The notes: generated by a model not told the origin, from the sequence alone. DNA of 64,000 bases from Camelus dromedarius (GCF_036321535.1 NC_087437.1:117740001-117804000); one strand, 5' to 3'; positions 41,690 through 55,350 are shown, counted from the stretch's first letter. A program made the numbers and translations.

Positions 41690-42575
41690 GAACAGCTTTG
41701 CTGAGGTCTGATTTACTTACTATGAAGTGCACCTGCTTTAAGTGTAAAGTCATGGGTTTGAGGACTGTCTTTGCCTCCCGGCGTGGCTGTGACCAACTAC
41801 CATGAGCTGAGCAGCCCCCCACAGACCTGCATCTCCTCATGGTTCTGGAGGTTCTGGGGGTCAGTCCAGAACTGAGGTGACAGCAGAACCCCGCTTCCCT
41901 GAGGATGCTGGGAAGAACTATGCTCACCTCTTCCAGTGCCTGGGGCCTTGGCACTGTGTGGCTTGTGGCAGCACTGTTCCCATCTCTGCCCCATCCTCAC
42001 CAGGAGCTCCTCCTCCAACGTTTCTTTGTGTTTTCATATGGGTTTCTTACAGGGCACCAGTCACTGGATTTGAGACCCATCTTAGTGCAGTGTGACTTCA
42101 TTTAACTAAGTCCACCTGCCAACGCCCTCTTTCTACATAAAGTCATATTCTGAGATGGACATGGGTTTTGAGGGAGCACTGTTCAACCACAAGCAAGGAT
42201 ATTCACAGCATCCAACACACGCACACACCATTACAACCCAACACAAGAATACAGAGCTGCACAATCATCGCTACACCAAATTTCAGAGCATTTACACCCC
42301 CCCTAAAGACTCCTCTTGTCCATTTAGGATTACTTTCCTTCCCCACTCTGGGTCCTACACAACCATCTAGATTTGCCTTTTCTAGACATTTCCTATAAAC
42401 AGGATCTTATGACAAATGTTGTGTGTGTGTCTAGCTTTCTGGATTTTTTCCCACTGTGCATGTTTTCAAGGTTCATCCAGATTATAGTGTATACCAGTAC
42501 TTTTTTTGCCCTTTTTGTTGCTGAATACTATTTCACTGCATGGATAGACTACATTTTGCTTCATTTTTGTCATTA
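41690..42575 (-). mobile_element. L1M 3' fragment interrupted by an MLT1 LTR
   Basis: 'aacagctttgctgaggt...' resumes after 42200 as '...gttttcaaggttcatcca...gctgaatactatttcactgcatggata'. Confidence 0.75.
41766..42195 (-). mobile_element. MLT1 (MaLR) solo LTR
   Basis: TG...CA termini, 'ggttctggagg', 'aaagtcatattctgag'; 5-bp TSD aggac/aggat. Confidence 0.85.
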
Positions 42576-42719
42576 ATATATTCCCTATGGTTGAGGTTTA
42601 GTGAAATGATGCCACTGTAAGGAAAATTCTTATTCTATGTTTGAAGGACACCTGTGCCTGGGGCAGTGGGCCACACCCGCCTGTTGCATGGAGCCCCACC
42701 TGGGAGCCCAGCCTGCCCA

Positions 42720-43045
42720 GTGCACTATGATGGCTGGGATCACTCTTCTGAACATGGTCATGGGGAGAGGCCAGGTCAATCTGTGAGGTTTTTCTGATAC
42801 ATCTCCTTCTTCTATTTTCTCCTGTGCCAACCTGCAATCAGGACCTGATAGCTGGAGCAGCAGCTACTATCTTGGATCAGGAGGTGACTCTGAAGATGGG
42901 AGCTGGGGTCTTTGATGACACTCTGAAGCTGTGATCCCAAACTTGGCCTGCCTCACTCCAGAAAAAGAAAGTTTACATGACACAGAATTAAACTATTATG
43001 TTTATCCATTATTACTTTGTATTTTTCTATAACAGGAGACTGGGA
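42720..43045 (+). mobile_element. Old MLT1-like LTR fragment
   Basis: 'ctggagcagcagctactatcttgg...ctggggtctttgatgacac'. Confidence 0.55.
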
Positions 43046-43274
43046 ATCGTTCTGAGCTGACCTTAATCATAGGTCTAGACTCTTTGGGAAAATATAGCAT
43101 ATGTTCTACATTGGAAAACAATTTCTATTGCATGACTCTGCAGAGAAGGATGTAGTACACAATGCATATTGTTTCCAAAACAAGCCCCCGCTGAATGCTC
43201 AGTGTTGATGGGTTGGGTTGTCATCAGCCTGTACGACGCAGTAGTTGCCTGAATCTGAATCCTCAGGTGTGACA

Positions 43275-43410
43275 TTGGCTCACTGTGTGGCCCTAGACAG
43301 TCACTTAACTACTCTGTGCCTCAGTTTCATTTTTTGTCAAACGGAAATGGAAGTAATTATTGAGAGGATAAAAGAAGCCAGCCTACAGCACACAGTCAGC
43401 ATTACCTGAG
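43275..43410 (+). mobile_element. MIR fragment
   Basis: 'ctgtgtggccctagacagtcacttaactactctgtgcctcagtttc'. Confidence 0.75.
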
Positions 43411-46400
43411 CAACAACAAGCATCTCCATGTGTCTGATGGTGGGGGATTCCTCACGCCCCAGGGGAGGTGGGGTCTTCAGATGGGGGACGGAGTGGGCTT
43501 TGGGCTTTGATTTGGGGGCTGTGGTCTGCTCAGGCCTTTGGCCACATCTTCTTCACGAGACTTCTTTACTGAAGACATTTTCATTTTTGCACCAAATCCA
43601 CAAACCAAGATTTTTTTTCTCATAATGCCAGAGGACTAGGTCATGATCATTAAGGACCCCAAGGCCACCAAAAGTGACCTAAATTGCAAAAGTGTCAATA
43701 AGCCTGTTGTAGGCCTAAGAAGAAGAAAACAGCTACTTCTCATGTCTCCTTTCAAAGCCAGGAAACATGAAACCCACGTACAATTTAGCTTTGGCACGTG
43801 GCCCCCTGGTGCCTCCTGTCAAGAGCCCGATTCCCGGAAGCCCTGGGGCTGAGCCCAGAAGGGAGACACTCTGGCTGCGAAGCTGTGTTCTAGAAATCAG
43901 TCCGCGCTAATGCCTCCCGGGCCGTGAGCGTCTAAAGGCCTCAGAGAGGATTTCTCACTGTGCGGTATTTGCTAAAAGACAAGAAATTTGTAAAATGGCA
44001 GAGTATGAAAAAAACACAGATTTCTTGTGAGGAGCTGGAAGTGTGACCCTTCCTAGTCCACGGCACTCTGTCACTCTCAGCCCGGACGCGTTGCTGCCCT
44101 ACCCCGTGAGCCGCTACGCGCGGGAGCAAACGCACCGTGGAGGCCGGCGCTCATCCCGAGTGTGCAGACGTCCTGCTAGAAGAACACATGACTGGTCTCC
44201 AAGTAAACGCAGCAATGCTTTGAGCCTTGGTTGTTTTTGCTTTTTCCTTTTCTTACCAACGAAAAGCTTTATCGCACTCTACGTGGGAGAATAACCTTGA
44301 CTAAATCATGGGCCCCTGGTTTATGTTTTGACTGACTTAACTCTGCTAAAAAAAAAAAAAAAAAAGCTTCTCTTTTACTCCTATTTCTCCTTTGGAAAAA
44401 TGCCCCACTAAAATGGGTATTTTAGTTCTGGTGAATCATCAGAAATGGTCTGACAAACCCATGTTCTGTCCCACCCAAGTCTTTTCAGCTCTTTGAAGAA
44501 ATGGTCAAAAGGATTTTTTTTAGAAAGTGACTGTTACCCTTGCTTTTTGCAGCACTCATGTTTGAAGGCATGACCTTCTCATCCGTCACAGCCACAGGTG
44601 CTGAGAGATGACAACATCAGCAGAGCAGTGCTTTCTGCCAGGGTCCCGGATGCAGAGTGAATGGCTGTGGGGGTGTAATGGGAACGGGCACCAAGGGGAG
44701 GCCGGGGAGGGAAGGAAATCCAGACCAAGAGGGCTTTGCTCACAGACTGCGTGCCACATGTTTTTCCTGGAAAACTGCCCATTTTGGAGAGTGCTGTTTT
44801 ACTTTGGTACATTTCAGTTCATAAATTTCCTTCATAAACCAGGTATCGCCTAACAGCACCTTAATGTTCAGCAAATCTGCGTTCTTGCAGTATAGAGGCT
44901 CCTCCGACCTACCTGCTTGCAGCGTAAAGACGCAGTGGCACAGGGGAGCCGCGCCACCCACCAGGGAAAGCCGGTTCCGCACGCGGAGTTCAACTCTGCA
45001 GCCCAGTAACGCCATCTATTTTGAAACTGGCAATGGTGGGAGGAGTTACAGCACTGGAACTGGCCAGTGCGAGAAATTAGGGCTTTCTTTCCTCCCTCCA
45101 CCCCCATCAGCTAGTTGTTTAACATTTCCCAGAATTTCCCAGAACATTATGTAGGAGGGTATGTCGCTACAAAAATGATTTTAACAGATGTTTCCATCAA
45201 GCCAGAGGCACTGAGAAGGTGGTGAGTTTACCTAAGAGCCATAACCAACCTTATTCATAACCATACATCCTGCAAATAGGAACAGCACATCACTGTACAT
45301 TTCGACAGGAAATTCAGCAATAAATTGATGCACATATTAATTTTTCAACATATGGATATAGAGAAAATAAAACATATATTAATAAATCACTGATATTATG
45401 GATAATTTCTAAACTTTACTCTCCTGTTTTAATGCCTCTACCAATGATACAAAACTGAGCCTAATACAGTTTTGTTTCTTTTCTCCCTCCCTAGCTCTGC
45501 TTAAAAGACCACTTGAAAAGAAACAACAGGAAATACTAAATGTCCTGGATAAACTGGGAACTACGCCTGTCCAGATCATCTGTTTAATCCCTTTATCCTG
45601 CAGAAAAAGAGAAAACCAGAGAAGAGGAAGGAGGGTCACAGGCCCAGATACCAGAGTCAAGCAGGGTCGGACTTTAATGGGCCCTGTCTGAAAACCGTCC
45701 TTGCCGTCACCAGTGGTGACCGCCAGCCTCCCCGAGCGCCCCGGACTTCCCATGCTTGAGCAGGCAAGACCTGCATCCTGCGAAGCCCCTCAGTCCTTCC
45801 ACGTGGTCAGAACAGAGGTGGCAGAGGCGGGTGTGAGGCCAAGAACAAGGCCGCAAGGTTGCCCCAACACCCAAGATGGAAACTAGAGGCAGGGACACTC
45901 GGGTTTCTATTGGGAGGGCCAGGAAGGGAGGTGCTCTGAGACATGGGCACATTTTACAAGCTACTTCTTCTTCCTCTTTTTTTATGTCTTCCCGACAGTT
46001 GACTATAAAAATTTTCAAACACATAGAAAGTTGAACAGCCCTACGCTCACTCCTTGTGTCCGCAATGAACAGAGATTTGAATCAAAAGTTATTTTTGCTA
46101 TTATTTCATCAATCAAAATTTGCTAGATACATAATTTTCATTATTCTGAATACATAAAAGAGACTTAGGTGAAACCGTGAAGCAGTGAGCGTCACAAAGA
46201 TCAGGCACTGTCTTCTTGAGTTCTGCTGCTCAGGGTGGAGAGCCGTGGAAGTGCCTTGCTCTGGACTCTGCAGGTGTAGCTTGGGATCTAGTGGCTTTGG
46301 GTTAGACCTCTCACCCATGTCCGATCAGGGGAGGAGGAGAGAAAGAGGGCTGGGAGGCTGGGCTCCAACATCACACCATCCACAGACACGCTGCTGTGAG

Positions 46401-46467
46401 TGGGCAAGACCATGGGCTGCCCTGGGGCCCTGTTTTCTCATCTGAGTCACAGGAGGGCTGAATGGGA

Positions 46468-46620
46468 CCAGGTGCTTCAACCCGGGCTGCATCGCAGTGG
46501 TGGGAATCAGCTGAGGAGCTTTGAAAATATACCAATGCCAGGCCCCGGCCCAGACCAACTGCTCAGAGTCTCTTGGGGCGGGGCTCAGAAATGGGTTTCT
46601 TCAAAGCTCTCCAGGCACCC
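46468..46620. mobile_element. MER5-like DNA transposon
   Basis: 'gaatcagctgaggagctttgaaaatataccaatgccaggcccc...aagctctccagg'. Confidence 0.7.
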
Positions 46621-48094
46621 TAATATAATACACAGCCTGGACTGGAACAACTCAACTGGATGAGCTCCAAGTGCTTCCAGCTCTGACCGTCCTCTCCTTC
46701 CCTTTCTCTTTCTAATTTTCCCTTCACTCCCCCTCCCTCCTGTCCACCTTCCTTCCTTCTTTTCATTTTATCCCTCTTTCTTCCTCTTTCTCCTTCCCTC
46801 TCTCTCTTGATCATCACTCCATAATAACAATACTTATCTTTGATGTATGCCACGTGCTAGAAAATTTTTCATATACTCTGCACAACAGCCCGATGGGATA
46901 GAAACTCCGGTCCTAGAAGTGACCCAAGACATATTTACAGCTGCCATTTTAAGTGGGTTCCAAATTACACTACAAACATGTGTGAGAGATGGAGAAAAAA
47001 CATTTCTAGCAGAATCATAGGATTTAAATTTATATGCAAATGATCAAAGAGAACCAGACTCCAAATACCTATTTTGAAGGGAAAAAAATTTGAGATGAAA
47101 ATATAAAAGAATTTTAGGATTCATTCCCTGCTTGACATCCTGCCCCCTTCCTCTTTGTTTACACGTGAGGAAGCAGAGAACTGGAGGGTTGAAGGCTGGC
47201 TAAACTGGCACCTGCTCCTTTATGCCCCTCTCCTCCCCTAACGCAAAGCGCTATTTCATCTAGTAAGACTGAAGAAAAATCAGTGTCGCCATAAAAGTAA
47301 TGTAGTAAAATGATCTTTACTCCCTGAGAGGATGACCCTTTCCCTCCCTTCCATTCTGTCTCCAGGGTCTGCAGAAGTAGAGCAGGTCTAAGCTAAGCCG
47401 CACAGAGTAAAGCACACACCTGGACCTCTGTGTCCATCAAGTTTCAGATCACTTCTACACGCGTGATCTCACAGAGACACAGGTGTTCTCAGCAGAGCAG
47501 GAACGCCTCATTCCACTCACCCACACTGACGCGGAGTCAGGCGAGGTAGGCAGTGAGCCTGAAGCCGTGCAACCAGTCAGCGGGAGACCTAGGAGGACAC
47601 CCGGGCCTTCTGAACCCACGTCCAAAGCCTCTGCCAAACTGCAGCAGAGGCCCCAAGGCGGCTGGTCCTTGGCGCACAGAACCCTGCCTGCTGGGGCGAG
47701 GGGTGGCCAGAGTTTCCTTGGAAGATCCTCCATCGGGCGCTGGGCCCACTCAGGGGAGACTTCCCATGATATCCTTGATGGCTCCCTGTCCTCAGCTGCG
47801 GAATGAAGATTCCAGCATCTCTCCTGCAAGCCTCTGGTGTATTTGAGTGATGATGCCGGCAGCACTGGCTACATGATTCTACCCCCTCTATTCTAATCAC
47901 AAAGGTGGTGCAGACAGATGCAACCTGAATGAGGGAAGGGGTTAGACCCCTTTCAAATACGGTGCAACATACCAATGTGATCGTCCCTGTGACTGTGGTT
48001 CCCAGACTTACATCACCTGGGGACCATTGAGGACCTCCAGCCATGTTTCCCAGTCACAGCAAACACATGTTCTCCTTAGCATTCCTCTCCTTTT

Positions 48095-48515
48095 CAAAAA
48101 ATTGGAGTGAAATGTACATAACATAAAACAGATCATTTTAGCCACAGCTCAGTGGCGTCGGGTGCATCCACACCGCTGCGCAGCCTTCACCAGCACCAGC
48201 CGCTGCCCCCTCGGCCCTGGTGCTCCCTTCTACAGGACTCTCCCTGTGAATGTGACTGCCCCCAGCTCCTCATGTCGGTGGACTCATGCAGCACTTGTCC
48301 TTCTGTGACGGGCTTATTTTGCTTAGCATAATGTGCTCAAGGTTCATCCGTGTTGTCGTATGTGTCAGAATTGCCTTCCTTTTTAAGCCTGAATAACACT
48401 CTGTTGTGTGTAGGTACAATATTTTGTTTATCCATTCTTCCGCTGATGGACTCTTGGGTTGCTTTCCACCTTTTGCTACCGTGAATGATGCTGCAATGGT
48501 CACTGGGGTACAAAG
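48095..48515 (-). mobile_element. L1MB-like 3' fragment
   Basis: 'gcttagcataatgtgctcaaggttcatccgtgttg...tttatccattcttccgctgatggac'. Confidence 0.85.
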
Positions 48516-48624
48516 CATTATTCTTGAAAATGTCAGTAGCCGTTTGCTAGAGAAAACAGTTTGCAGTTCTGTGCCTGCTTCTTCTCAACGTTCAAAGGCT
48601 GAGTGGCTTTTTCGCGGTTTGGGG

Positions 48625-48735
48625 TCCCTGCCTCTCAGCTGCACCTCCGTTTCCTCATCTGTAAGAACAATGGGGCCTCCAGCCTCCCGAGGCTGTGAGG
48701 AGGATTAATGAGATTGTGTTCGTGGACCCCACTGA
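48625..48735 (+). mobile_element. MIR fragment
   Basis: 'cctccgtttcctcatctgtaagaac...ggctgtgaggaggattaatgag'. Confidence 0.7.
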
Positions 48736-49765
48736 GTGCGTCGCCAAGAAAGGCCCCGCAGAAACACAAAGTGCCATTATCGCTGCCGCAGAATCAGAAA
48801 TCCCTCCTGTCCAAATCCACGTTGTTCATAAAAGTTTCAGCAAGTGAGGCTGCCTACTGGGCAGCTCTAATCCCCATAAAGAAAATGATTTCTCCAGCCA
48901 GGAATTAATAAGTTCTTAGCGCATCCTAAAATATCTCCTCGGCTGGGTTATTATGCTTGCATTTGATTATAACCATTAATCAAGCACAAGCGACAGTGGG
49001 CTGTACTTGATGCTAAACTTTAACCAGAGTGACAATGTCTCCACTTCCTGGCCGCTTTGCTGGGGCCTCGTGACATGATTAAATGTGTCAGGGGAAAGAC
49101 AGAGGACACTTAGGGTTCTTTTTTTTTTTTTTTTGTCCCGTCTGGTCATGTGGAGAGATGCTACGTTTTGCCCAAAAAGAAAACTTTCTAATAATTAGAT
49201 AGAAACCAAATATTGAGTAGACTTTGATTTTCTGCCAACAGTGATAGTAAAAAATAAATAAAAAATTGTGAGAAAACAGACCATCAAGTCATCATGAATT
49301 AAGTGAGGTCCAGAAAATTTATCAGAAAAAAAGTAACAATCAGCCAAGTGTCAGCCAGCCCCCGAGAGGGTCCCCAGTGATCCCCACCCTTCTGGTATGC
49401 AAACCCTCCTACGGCCCCCTCCCACATTTCCGCAGAGTTGTCGGTCTCCGTGCCAATAGAAAACAGCAGAAATGGCGGTGTGTCACTCTGCGATTTGATC
49501 ATAAAAGACTGAGCTTCCATCTTGGGCACTGGAGTCCCCTCTCTCTTCCTCTCTCTCCCATCACTCACTTGAGGACAGCCTGCCAACCTGTCACCAGGAC
49601 ACCCAGAGGCCCACAGAGTGGACCATGAGGGATGCAAGTGTCTGGCCAACCACCTGCAAGGACCCAACGCCAGCCAACAACCCGGTGCAGGATTGTTGAA
49701 GTGGATTCTCTCCAGCCAAGCCTCCCCTTCTAAAGTATTTGGATATGATTCCTGAAAGGCAAGAA

Positions 49766-49779
49766 GTTTCCATGGAAAC
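49766..49779. promoter_or_regulatory. RFX X-box (perfect palindrome)
   Basis: GTTTCCATGGAAAC. Confidence 0.5.
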
Positions 49780-50404
49780 AGGACCAGTGGTTTCCCATGG
49801 CTTAGGGATGGATACACAGAAGAGTTCGGTCCAAAGCCATGTTCTAATGTACAGGCAGGTGCTTGATACACAACTGTTTCTCAGGGAGAAGCAAAGAGAA
49901 GGAAGATAAACCATAATCCCACTAACGCTCCTGGTGGTGGCCTGCGCCTCACCCTGTAGGTATCGGCTGCAACGGCACATCGCCTGGGGCTCCCTGGAGT
50001 TCAGGGCCGTGTCTTCTGGCAGTTCTGCTCATGCCAGCCCCGTCTTCAGGGTATCCAGGGTCTTCCTCTACTTGAAGTTTCTTGTCCAATGACCACGACT
50101 TTGATCCTGCCGTGGACCCTGCCATCCCCACCATACTTTAAAATTTCTGACGTTTTGCCTTTTGCCTGAAGCCAATTTGACCACTTGGTCTTCATCTGTA
50201 TCAGTATTCACTCCCCACAGCACTTCCGTATTTGGCCACGAGTGAGATGTTCCCATTAGCTTGCAAAAAATACACCATGTGCTTTTGTTAATTTGCTTAT
50301 CTGGATTTGGTTATAACATCTGGCTTATTTACTCTGATTATCATTTTTTCCTGCATTTATCATTTGACTATGCTAGTATCAGGGATACAGAAAGTCCTGG
50401 TGTA

Positions 50405-50600
50405 ATAATGATGATAATTATAGCTGGCCTGCACTAAGCCCTATGCTGGTCATTTTATTAGCTTTTAATCTTTACAGCAACTCTAGGAGGTAGGTGCTAT
50501 TATTATCCTGATTTTATGAGCACAGAAATTGAGGCCTAGACAGACTGAATGAGTCATTCTGGGCCCCACAGTAAGTGGTGGAGCCTAAATTTTAACACAG
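50405..50600 (-). mobile_element. MIR fragment
   Basis: 'tttaatctttacagcaactctaggaggtaggtgctattattatc...gaaattgaggc'. Confidence 0.75.
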
Positions 50601-50629
50601 TCATACAGGGAATGTGTCCCTAAATAGCT

Positions 50630-51030
50630 GAGTTTCGTCCTGCCTGGTTTTGAGTTGTGTTTACAGTGGCATCACGCTGCACTGTCTTGTGTCCTCCAGC
50701 TTTCACTTCGCGTCATGCTTGAGTTTTGTGCGTGTATCTGTTATATCTGTCACATATACATGTGGTGCCTGCAGGCATTTGCATTGCTGTGTGCTATTTC
50801 TTCGCACGAATATTTATGGTTTACTTATTAGGAACATTTCAGAATTTGGCCATTGCAAACAATGCGACCATAAACATTTTTGTACATGAACCTGGTCCCT
50901 TGTACGTGAATTTCTCTAGGGAACACAGAGAGGAATGAAATTTCTAGTCAAGGTATATGTGTATCTTTAAATTTATGAGACAGTGCCAAACAGCCTTCAA
51001 AAATAGTTGGACAGATATGCATTCTTACAA
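50630..51030 (-). mobile_element. Old L1ME-like fragment
   Basis: 'gcaaacaatgcgaccataaacatttttgtacatg...agtcaaggtatatgtgtatctttaaattt'. Confidence 0.65.
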
Positions 51031-51058
51031 GCTATCTTTGTTACTAATTTGTTCGAAA

Positions 51059-51205
51059 CGGTGGTTCTTCAAGGGCGGTCCCCGAATGATCAGCAGAAGC
51101 GTCACCTGGGAACTTGCTCAAAACGCCAGTTTCCGGGCTGGCAATCTGTTTGAACCAGCACTCCAGGTGACTTGGGGCATGCTTACGGCTGAGGACCCCT
51201 TCCTC
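51059..51205. mobile_element. MER5A-like DNA transposon
   Basis: 'gtggttcttcaagggcggtccc...cacctgggaacttg...ctccaggtga'. Confidence 0.7.
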
Positions 51206-51668
51206 AGAACTGCCCTCTGCGTCATCTCTCCCTTCCCCGGCAAAGCACCCAGAGCCTTCCCCGAGCATCTTGTGAGGGTGCTGTGGAAACAGAGCAATAT
51301 CTGAAATCAGAAGAGCTGCCTCTGAGTTTTGGCTCTGCTGGTTCTCGAGCTACACACTTAGGTGAGTGTCTACACTCTGAGCCTGGCTGCTCCGTGGGTA
51401 CCATGGTGATGCCTCCCTCAGCACAGAACAGCTGCAAGGATCAAACACGTGAAAAGCCCTCTGTAGGCTGTGCAGGGTTTGTAGTATTAGTCCTTTTTCT
51501 TTAGCTAATATCTGCATCCATGACTTGTCTCCCCAACTGGACTTACATTCCACCAAGGCTAAAGGGCTTTTCACATACATGCCTATAGGCAAGGGCCAGA
51601 GGGAAAAACAAAACCAGTGTTACGATGAGGGGATCTTAGAGATTTTAAAGATTTAACAATGTTGTATG

Positions 51669-51814
51669 CTACCATAAGATATTGTGTATAGCTCATAGAG
51701 AAAAAAATGTGACAATGAATATATATATGTTCATGTATAACTGAAAAATTGTGCTCTACACTGGAATTTGACACAACATTGTAAAATGACTATAACTCAA
51801 AAAAAAGTTAAAAA
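51669..51814 (+). mobile_element. Young L1 3' end with TSD
   Basis: 'gtataactgaaaaattgtgctctacactgga...gactataactcaaaaaaaa'; 14-bp TSD aacaatgttgtatg (51655-51668) and aaccatgttgtatg (51815-51828). Confidence 0.85.
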
Positions 51815-53769
51815 AACCATGTTGTATGGTTTTTATAAAGCTTGAGTGATAAAAAATGTTTAAAAGTAAATTTCACTTTTGCAGGTTCTAAATGAAGTCT
51901 TTATAAATTTGGCAAATAATATAATGGCTGTATCCTTCGTATCACCTAGAAAACTGACAGCATAGGTTAAAAGGAAAAGCAGGTCTGTTTTTTTTTAAAG
52001 AGCTAAATTCTGGTAACTCAGTATGAAAAGAACAGACTGACGGTCTGCATACTCTCCAAGAAGAGGGTTTCCAGGGGCGTTTTCAAAGGGATCATTGCCG
52101 CAGATCAACAGACAGGTGGCGCATGTGTGTGCACGTGTGCCTGTAATTGTGCACAAGTGCCTGTATTCTTCTGTAAGTGCACAGGGTGCACATACGTGCA
52201 TGCACATGTCACACACGTGCATGGATGTGAGCACACCTGTACGTGTGTGTGCTGGAGGCACAGAGGACAGTGCCTGAGCCCTTGGAGAATTTAAATTATC
52301 TGAAATTCTTTCTGCAAAATTTTATACGAATGCCATATGGAGGTGCAAAATATCACCAACAATTTTGCCGACAGGGAAACACCTCTTCTGAAGGAACCAG
52401 CAACACAGCTAAACCCATCCTGGTGGGAGCCCAGACTACCTGCCTTTTCTTTCTTAATTCAAAGTGGAGAGAATTCTCCTCACGTACTGAATTGTAGGAT
52501 TAATGATGCTAAGGGGTGGAGATCGTGTCCCAGCTCAGGACCAGACGCCAGGATAAGTCAATGCACACGCGCACCTCGCACACAGGCACCTAAAATCAAT
52601 GCTTTCCCGTGCTCTGTGCTGTGGGCTTATGAGCTTCAGATCCAGGCATAGCATCAGTAAACCCCCGCTTGGCACATTTGCAGGGATATTTTCAGCATAA
52701 CTGCTGGCAGGTGGCATCCCTCAGTGTCTCCTGTTTATGGCAGCTAATAAATCTAAACAAAGGAAGAAACAGAAAGGAGCAAGGCGTTCTTGGCAAACAG
52801 CGCTGTTACTCAGAAGATACTTTATGACCCAGCGGCTCTCTGGGGGTTTTAAGATTTCAGAGGCTTGAGAAGGGACATGTGTCACTGTCCCTCCCAGGGG
52901 AGGCGAGCAGGCACTAATTGAGGCATTGACGGCTCTAAATGAAGCAGAAACCCGCCAGGAAGACTCAGCTCCTATGGAAATGAGTGCTGCGGGCAGTGCA
53001 TGCCGGGTCGTTGGTGGTTTTCATTCATGGCTCGTTCACGCCAGGAAGCGCACGCGTCAGCACAGTGACTCGGGCTCTGACAGCACAAGATTGGAGCAGA
53101 ACAGCCGCCAAAATGATGCTCAAGAATTAAAAACACCTCCTTTCTGATTTCCTAAATTCACAGTCTTTGGGGATGAACATTCATATCGTGCATTTCCCCG
53201 TTCGCATGTGCAAGACAGGCGTAGGACGCATTTAAGCATGCCTCAAAGTAGGCGGAGGAAAGAAAGAACGCTTAACAGCATCACTTCAGTTCCCCGTGAA
53301 GAAAGATTGTAGCATTATTCTTCCCACCCCCGTGGGCAGCATTCATGCAACAGGCGCTGGAGTTTTGCCTCATCTGACCTTCCGTATTAAACGTGGAAAC
53401 AGCACGCCTGCAGAGGCTTCCAGGCCCTTGCACCAGCACCGGCTTCCTTGCCAGAGAGCCTTGGGGCCTGATGGGGAGGGAATTGTGAGTTCTGACTCAA
53501 CATTCAATCTGTGTGTTAACAGTGGCGCTCTTTCTAAAATCCACCAGGTTCTAAGAGTAAGTCGTGTCAATGCACGCGTGTAGCTAGGGCTTTAAACGTG
53601 TGTTTGTGTGCATGCTTGTGAACAGCAAATGAGCTGTAAGTAAAATGTCCTCTTCTAAGTGGGTGTGTCCCCAGTGACAGGGACAGAATGTCAGGTTTAA
53701 CCCCTGGGAGCTGCTCTGGGGAAACACAGGGGAGGTCTGGGGGTAGCTCCGTCTGCCGCAGCCAGAGCA

Positions 53770-53942
53770 GCGGCACATTGGGCTGGAGCTGCTTCAGCAT
53801 CACCCAGCAGCCGGGTTGAAGCAGTGATGACTGGGCTCTGCTGTATTTGATTCAGCAGGTGCAGGGAGGGACCCCAGGATCTGCACGTCTAACAGTTCCC
53901 ATGAGACAGTGGTGCTGCTGACCACACATAGGGACCCACCAG
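53770..53942. mobile_element. MER5A-like remnant
   Basis: 'tgattcagcaggtgcagggagggaccccaggatctgcacgtctaacagttccca'. Confidence 0.6.
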
Positions 53943-54319
53943 CCAGAGGAATGGGTGACTCCAGCACCAAACATCTCCTGACCTGTTCTGATGCAGCTAT
54001 TTAGATGTGTTATCAAAAAGCATAAACACCATTTCTTTTAATTCCAAATATTGTGTGTAGAAAACATCCCTCACCCTTGCTTTCCCACTGATACTTAGAA
54101 AATTTTCAAAAGAAATTTAGGTGCATACTCTGGGGAAAAGAAAAAGCATTATGCATGGAATGCAAGCCAGAAACTAGGAAGTAAAATCTTGGTGGATCTG
54201 ATTATATAACAATTTAGGAATTCCGTTTGGCAATAAGCAAGCAAGCAGTTAAGCAAGACAACATGAAAAGGAAAATGGCAAATTGGAAAAGATACTGTAA
54301 CATAATATAACAGAGAAAG

Positions 54320-54431
54320 AGGGGTGGGTAGAGCTTAGTGGTAGAACACACGCTTAGCATGCTGGAGTCCTGGGTTGAATCCCCAGCACCTCCATTAAAA
54401 TTAATTAATTAATTAATTAAAATTTAAAAAA
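54320..54431 (+). mobile_element. tRNA-derived camelid-type SINE with TSD
   Basis: 'gggtagagcttagtggtagaac...cctgggttgaatcccc' plus (TAAT)n/A tail; TSD agagaaag at 54312-54319 and 54432-54439. Confidence 0.88.
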
Positions 54432-54989
54432 AGAGAAAGGATTATCATCTGATAACAGGAATTTTTAAATATTAAGAAAAACAAAACATCTCAGAAAAAT
54501 ATAACAAAGGATACAGAGAGGCTATTTAAAAAGAAGAAATGGAAATTTCAATAATCAAATATCAAGATACTTCTTCTGTGATGAAATTAAATGGCCATTT
54601 TTGCCTACAAATGCAGAGCAAGCTAAAGACTGAGCACTTCCAGTTTGGGAGGAGGTGGAGATGCTGGCTCTTAACTCCTGCACATGGAAATGGCAGTTGG
54701 TACAGCCATTTGGGAAGCTGGCTGGGCCACCTGTGACACAGTTTGGCACCAGCACATCTTCTGACCCTGCAATTCCATTCGAGTATTTTACCCTAAGAAT
54801 TGATCTCACATATGTGCACAGTTTATGGATAAGGATGCTCACTGCCACCTTGTTTATAATAAAAACCTTTAGGCACAACTTAGATGTTCATGATCATTTA
54901 AATAAGTAATTGCATAGCCACAGAATGGAACATTATTTGGCCATTAAACACCGAAAACTATATAAATATATATAAAGTCCCATAATACA

Positions 54990-55350
54990 GGTATTGTTTG
55001 CTGGGCTACCATAACAATACACCACAGATTGTGTGGCTTAAACCAGAAAACTGATTTTCTCACAGTTCTGGATGCTGGAATTTTGAGATCAAGGCGTTTG
55101 CAGGTTTGGTCTTCCCTTGGCTTGCAGACAGCTGTCTTCCCCGTGTCCTCACATGTCTCTTCTCTGCACGTGAATTCCTGGTGTCTCTTCCTCTTCTACA
55201 AGGACATCAGTTCTACTGGATTAGGGCTTCACCCTCATGACCTCATTGAATCTTAATTACCTCATTAAAGTTCCTGACTCCACATGCAGTCACATGAGGG
55301 GCCAGGGCTTTAACACATGAATTCTGGGGGACACAATTCAGTCCATAACA
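54990..55350 (-). mobile_element. MLT1A/B-like MaLR solo LTR
   Basis: 'ctcacagttctggatgctgg...gggggacacaattcagtccataaca'; 5-bp TSD ataca/atacc. Confidence 0.9.

Noticed and set aside
54320..54395. tRNA-like sequence
   Set aside because: Has an A-rich tail and TSD, so it is a tRNA-derived SINE, not a tRNA gene.
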